A stretch of DNA of 64,000 nucleotides from Azolla caroliniana (Eukaryota; Plantae; Polypodiophyta), in NCBI GenBank assembly GCA_043228905.1, contig JBHGNT010000007.1, positions 806,001-870,000 on the forward strand, read 5' to 3'. The translations under genes were made by a program, and so were the position numbers. Of the stretch, positions 63,797 through 64,000 are shown piece after piece; positions within the stretch are counted from its first letter, which is position 1; every line of letters begins with the position of its first letter. The notes under the pieces are model-generated. The model had not been told where the DNA came from, did no database searches, and saw only the letters and a list, made by a program, of their open reading frames with translations.

Positions 63797-63880
63797 GTTG
63801 AATGTCTAGACATGCCTAGGGTTATGTATGTGTATATACATGTATTTGTATGTATGTAAGAATGTACGTATGTGTGTATA
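63540..63880 (+). other. Inverted homolog of the flanks of the small gene, lacking the ORF
   Basis: 63540-63710 matches the reverse complement of 7735-7915, and 63730-63865 matches that of 6955-7145; about 570 bp including ORF 7403-7687 is absent. Confidence 0.75.
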
Positions 63881-64000
63881 TACATATATATATACATTAG
63901 ACAAAAATATATAACAATCAATTTTTGTAAGGCATATAAAGGAATCGTTGGATAGGTTTTCAAAAAAAATTGGATTGTATATGACGCAAGAATTAGAATA

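Noticed and set aside
6950-63900. One giant transposon with multi-kb TIRs
   Set aside because: The arms are diverged, no terminal motif or TSD is visible, and a third copy lies in the middle; duplication plus inversion is simpler, though a mobile unit is not excluded.

Overview
Eukaryotic, TE-saturated plant DNA, most likely from a non-seed vascular plant such as a fern. That host is inferred from Tcn1-type chromoviruses, an RTE-type LINE and a Sola-like element. Most of the window is nested retroelements: several Ty1/Copia copies (a Tork/Tnt1-like family, an Ale-like element and an RT-deleted element), three Ty3/Gypsy chromoviruses, four solo LTRs and an RTE-like LINE. There is also a 6.9-kb TIR DNA transposon (GGG..CCC ends, 4-bp TSD, Sola2-like) with a second spliced gene. 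Removing the insertions by their TSDs exposes an older host scaffold, a module present in at least three degraded copies. It reads: intronless ~490-aa multipass membrane gene (leftward), promoter, ~320-bp/72-bp repeat array, promoter, small signal-peptide/hydrophobic-tail gene (rightward). The right copy keeps the membrane gene (59144-60616) but lacks the small ORF. The left, inverted copy keeps the small ORF (7403-7687) but is cut off before any membrane gene. The middle copy is a pseudogene fragment split by four insertions. By eye, the membrane protein resembles an uncharacterised fungal membrane-protein family. Both Tcn1-like elements show Tf1-type self-priming geometry, a conserved -1 frameshift stem-loop and tRNA-like sequence in their LTRs. 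All calls come from manual reading; no searches were run.
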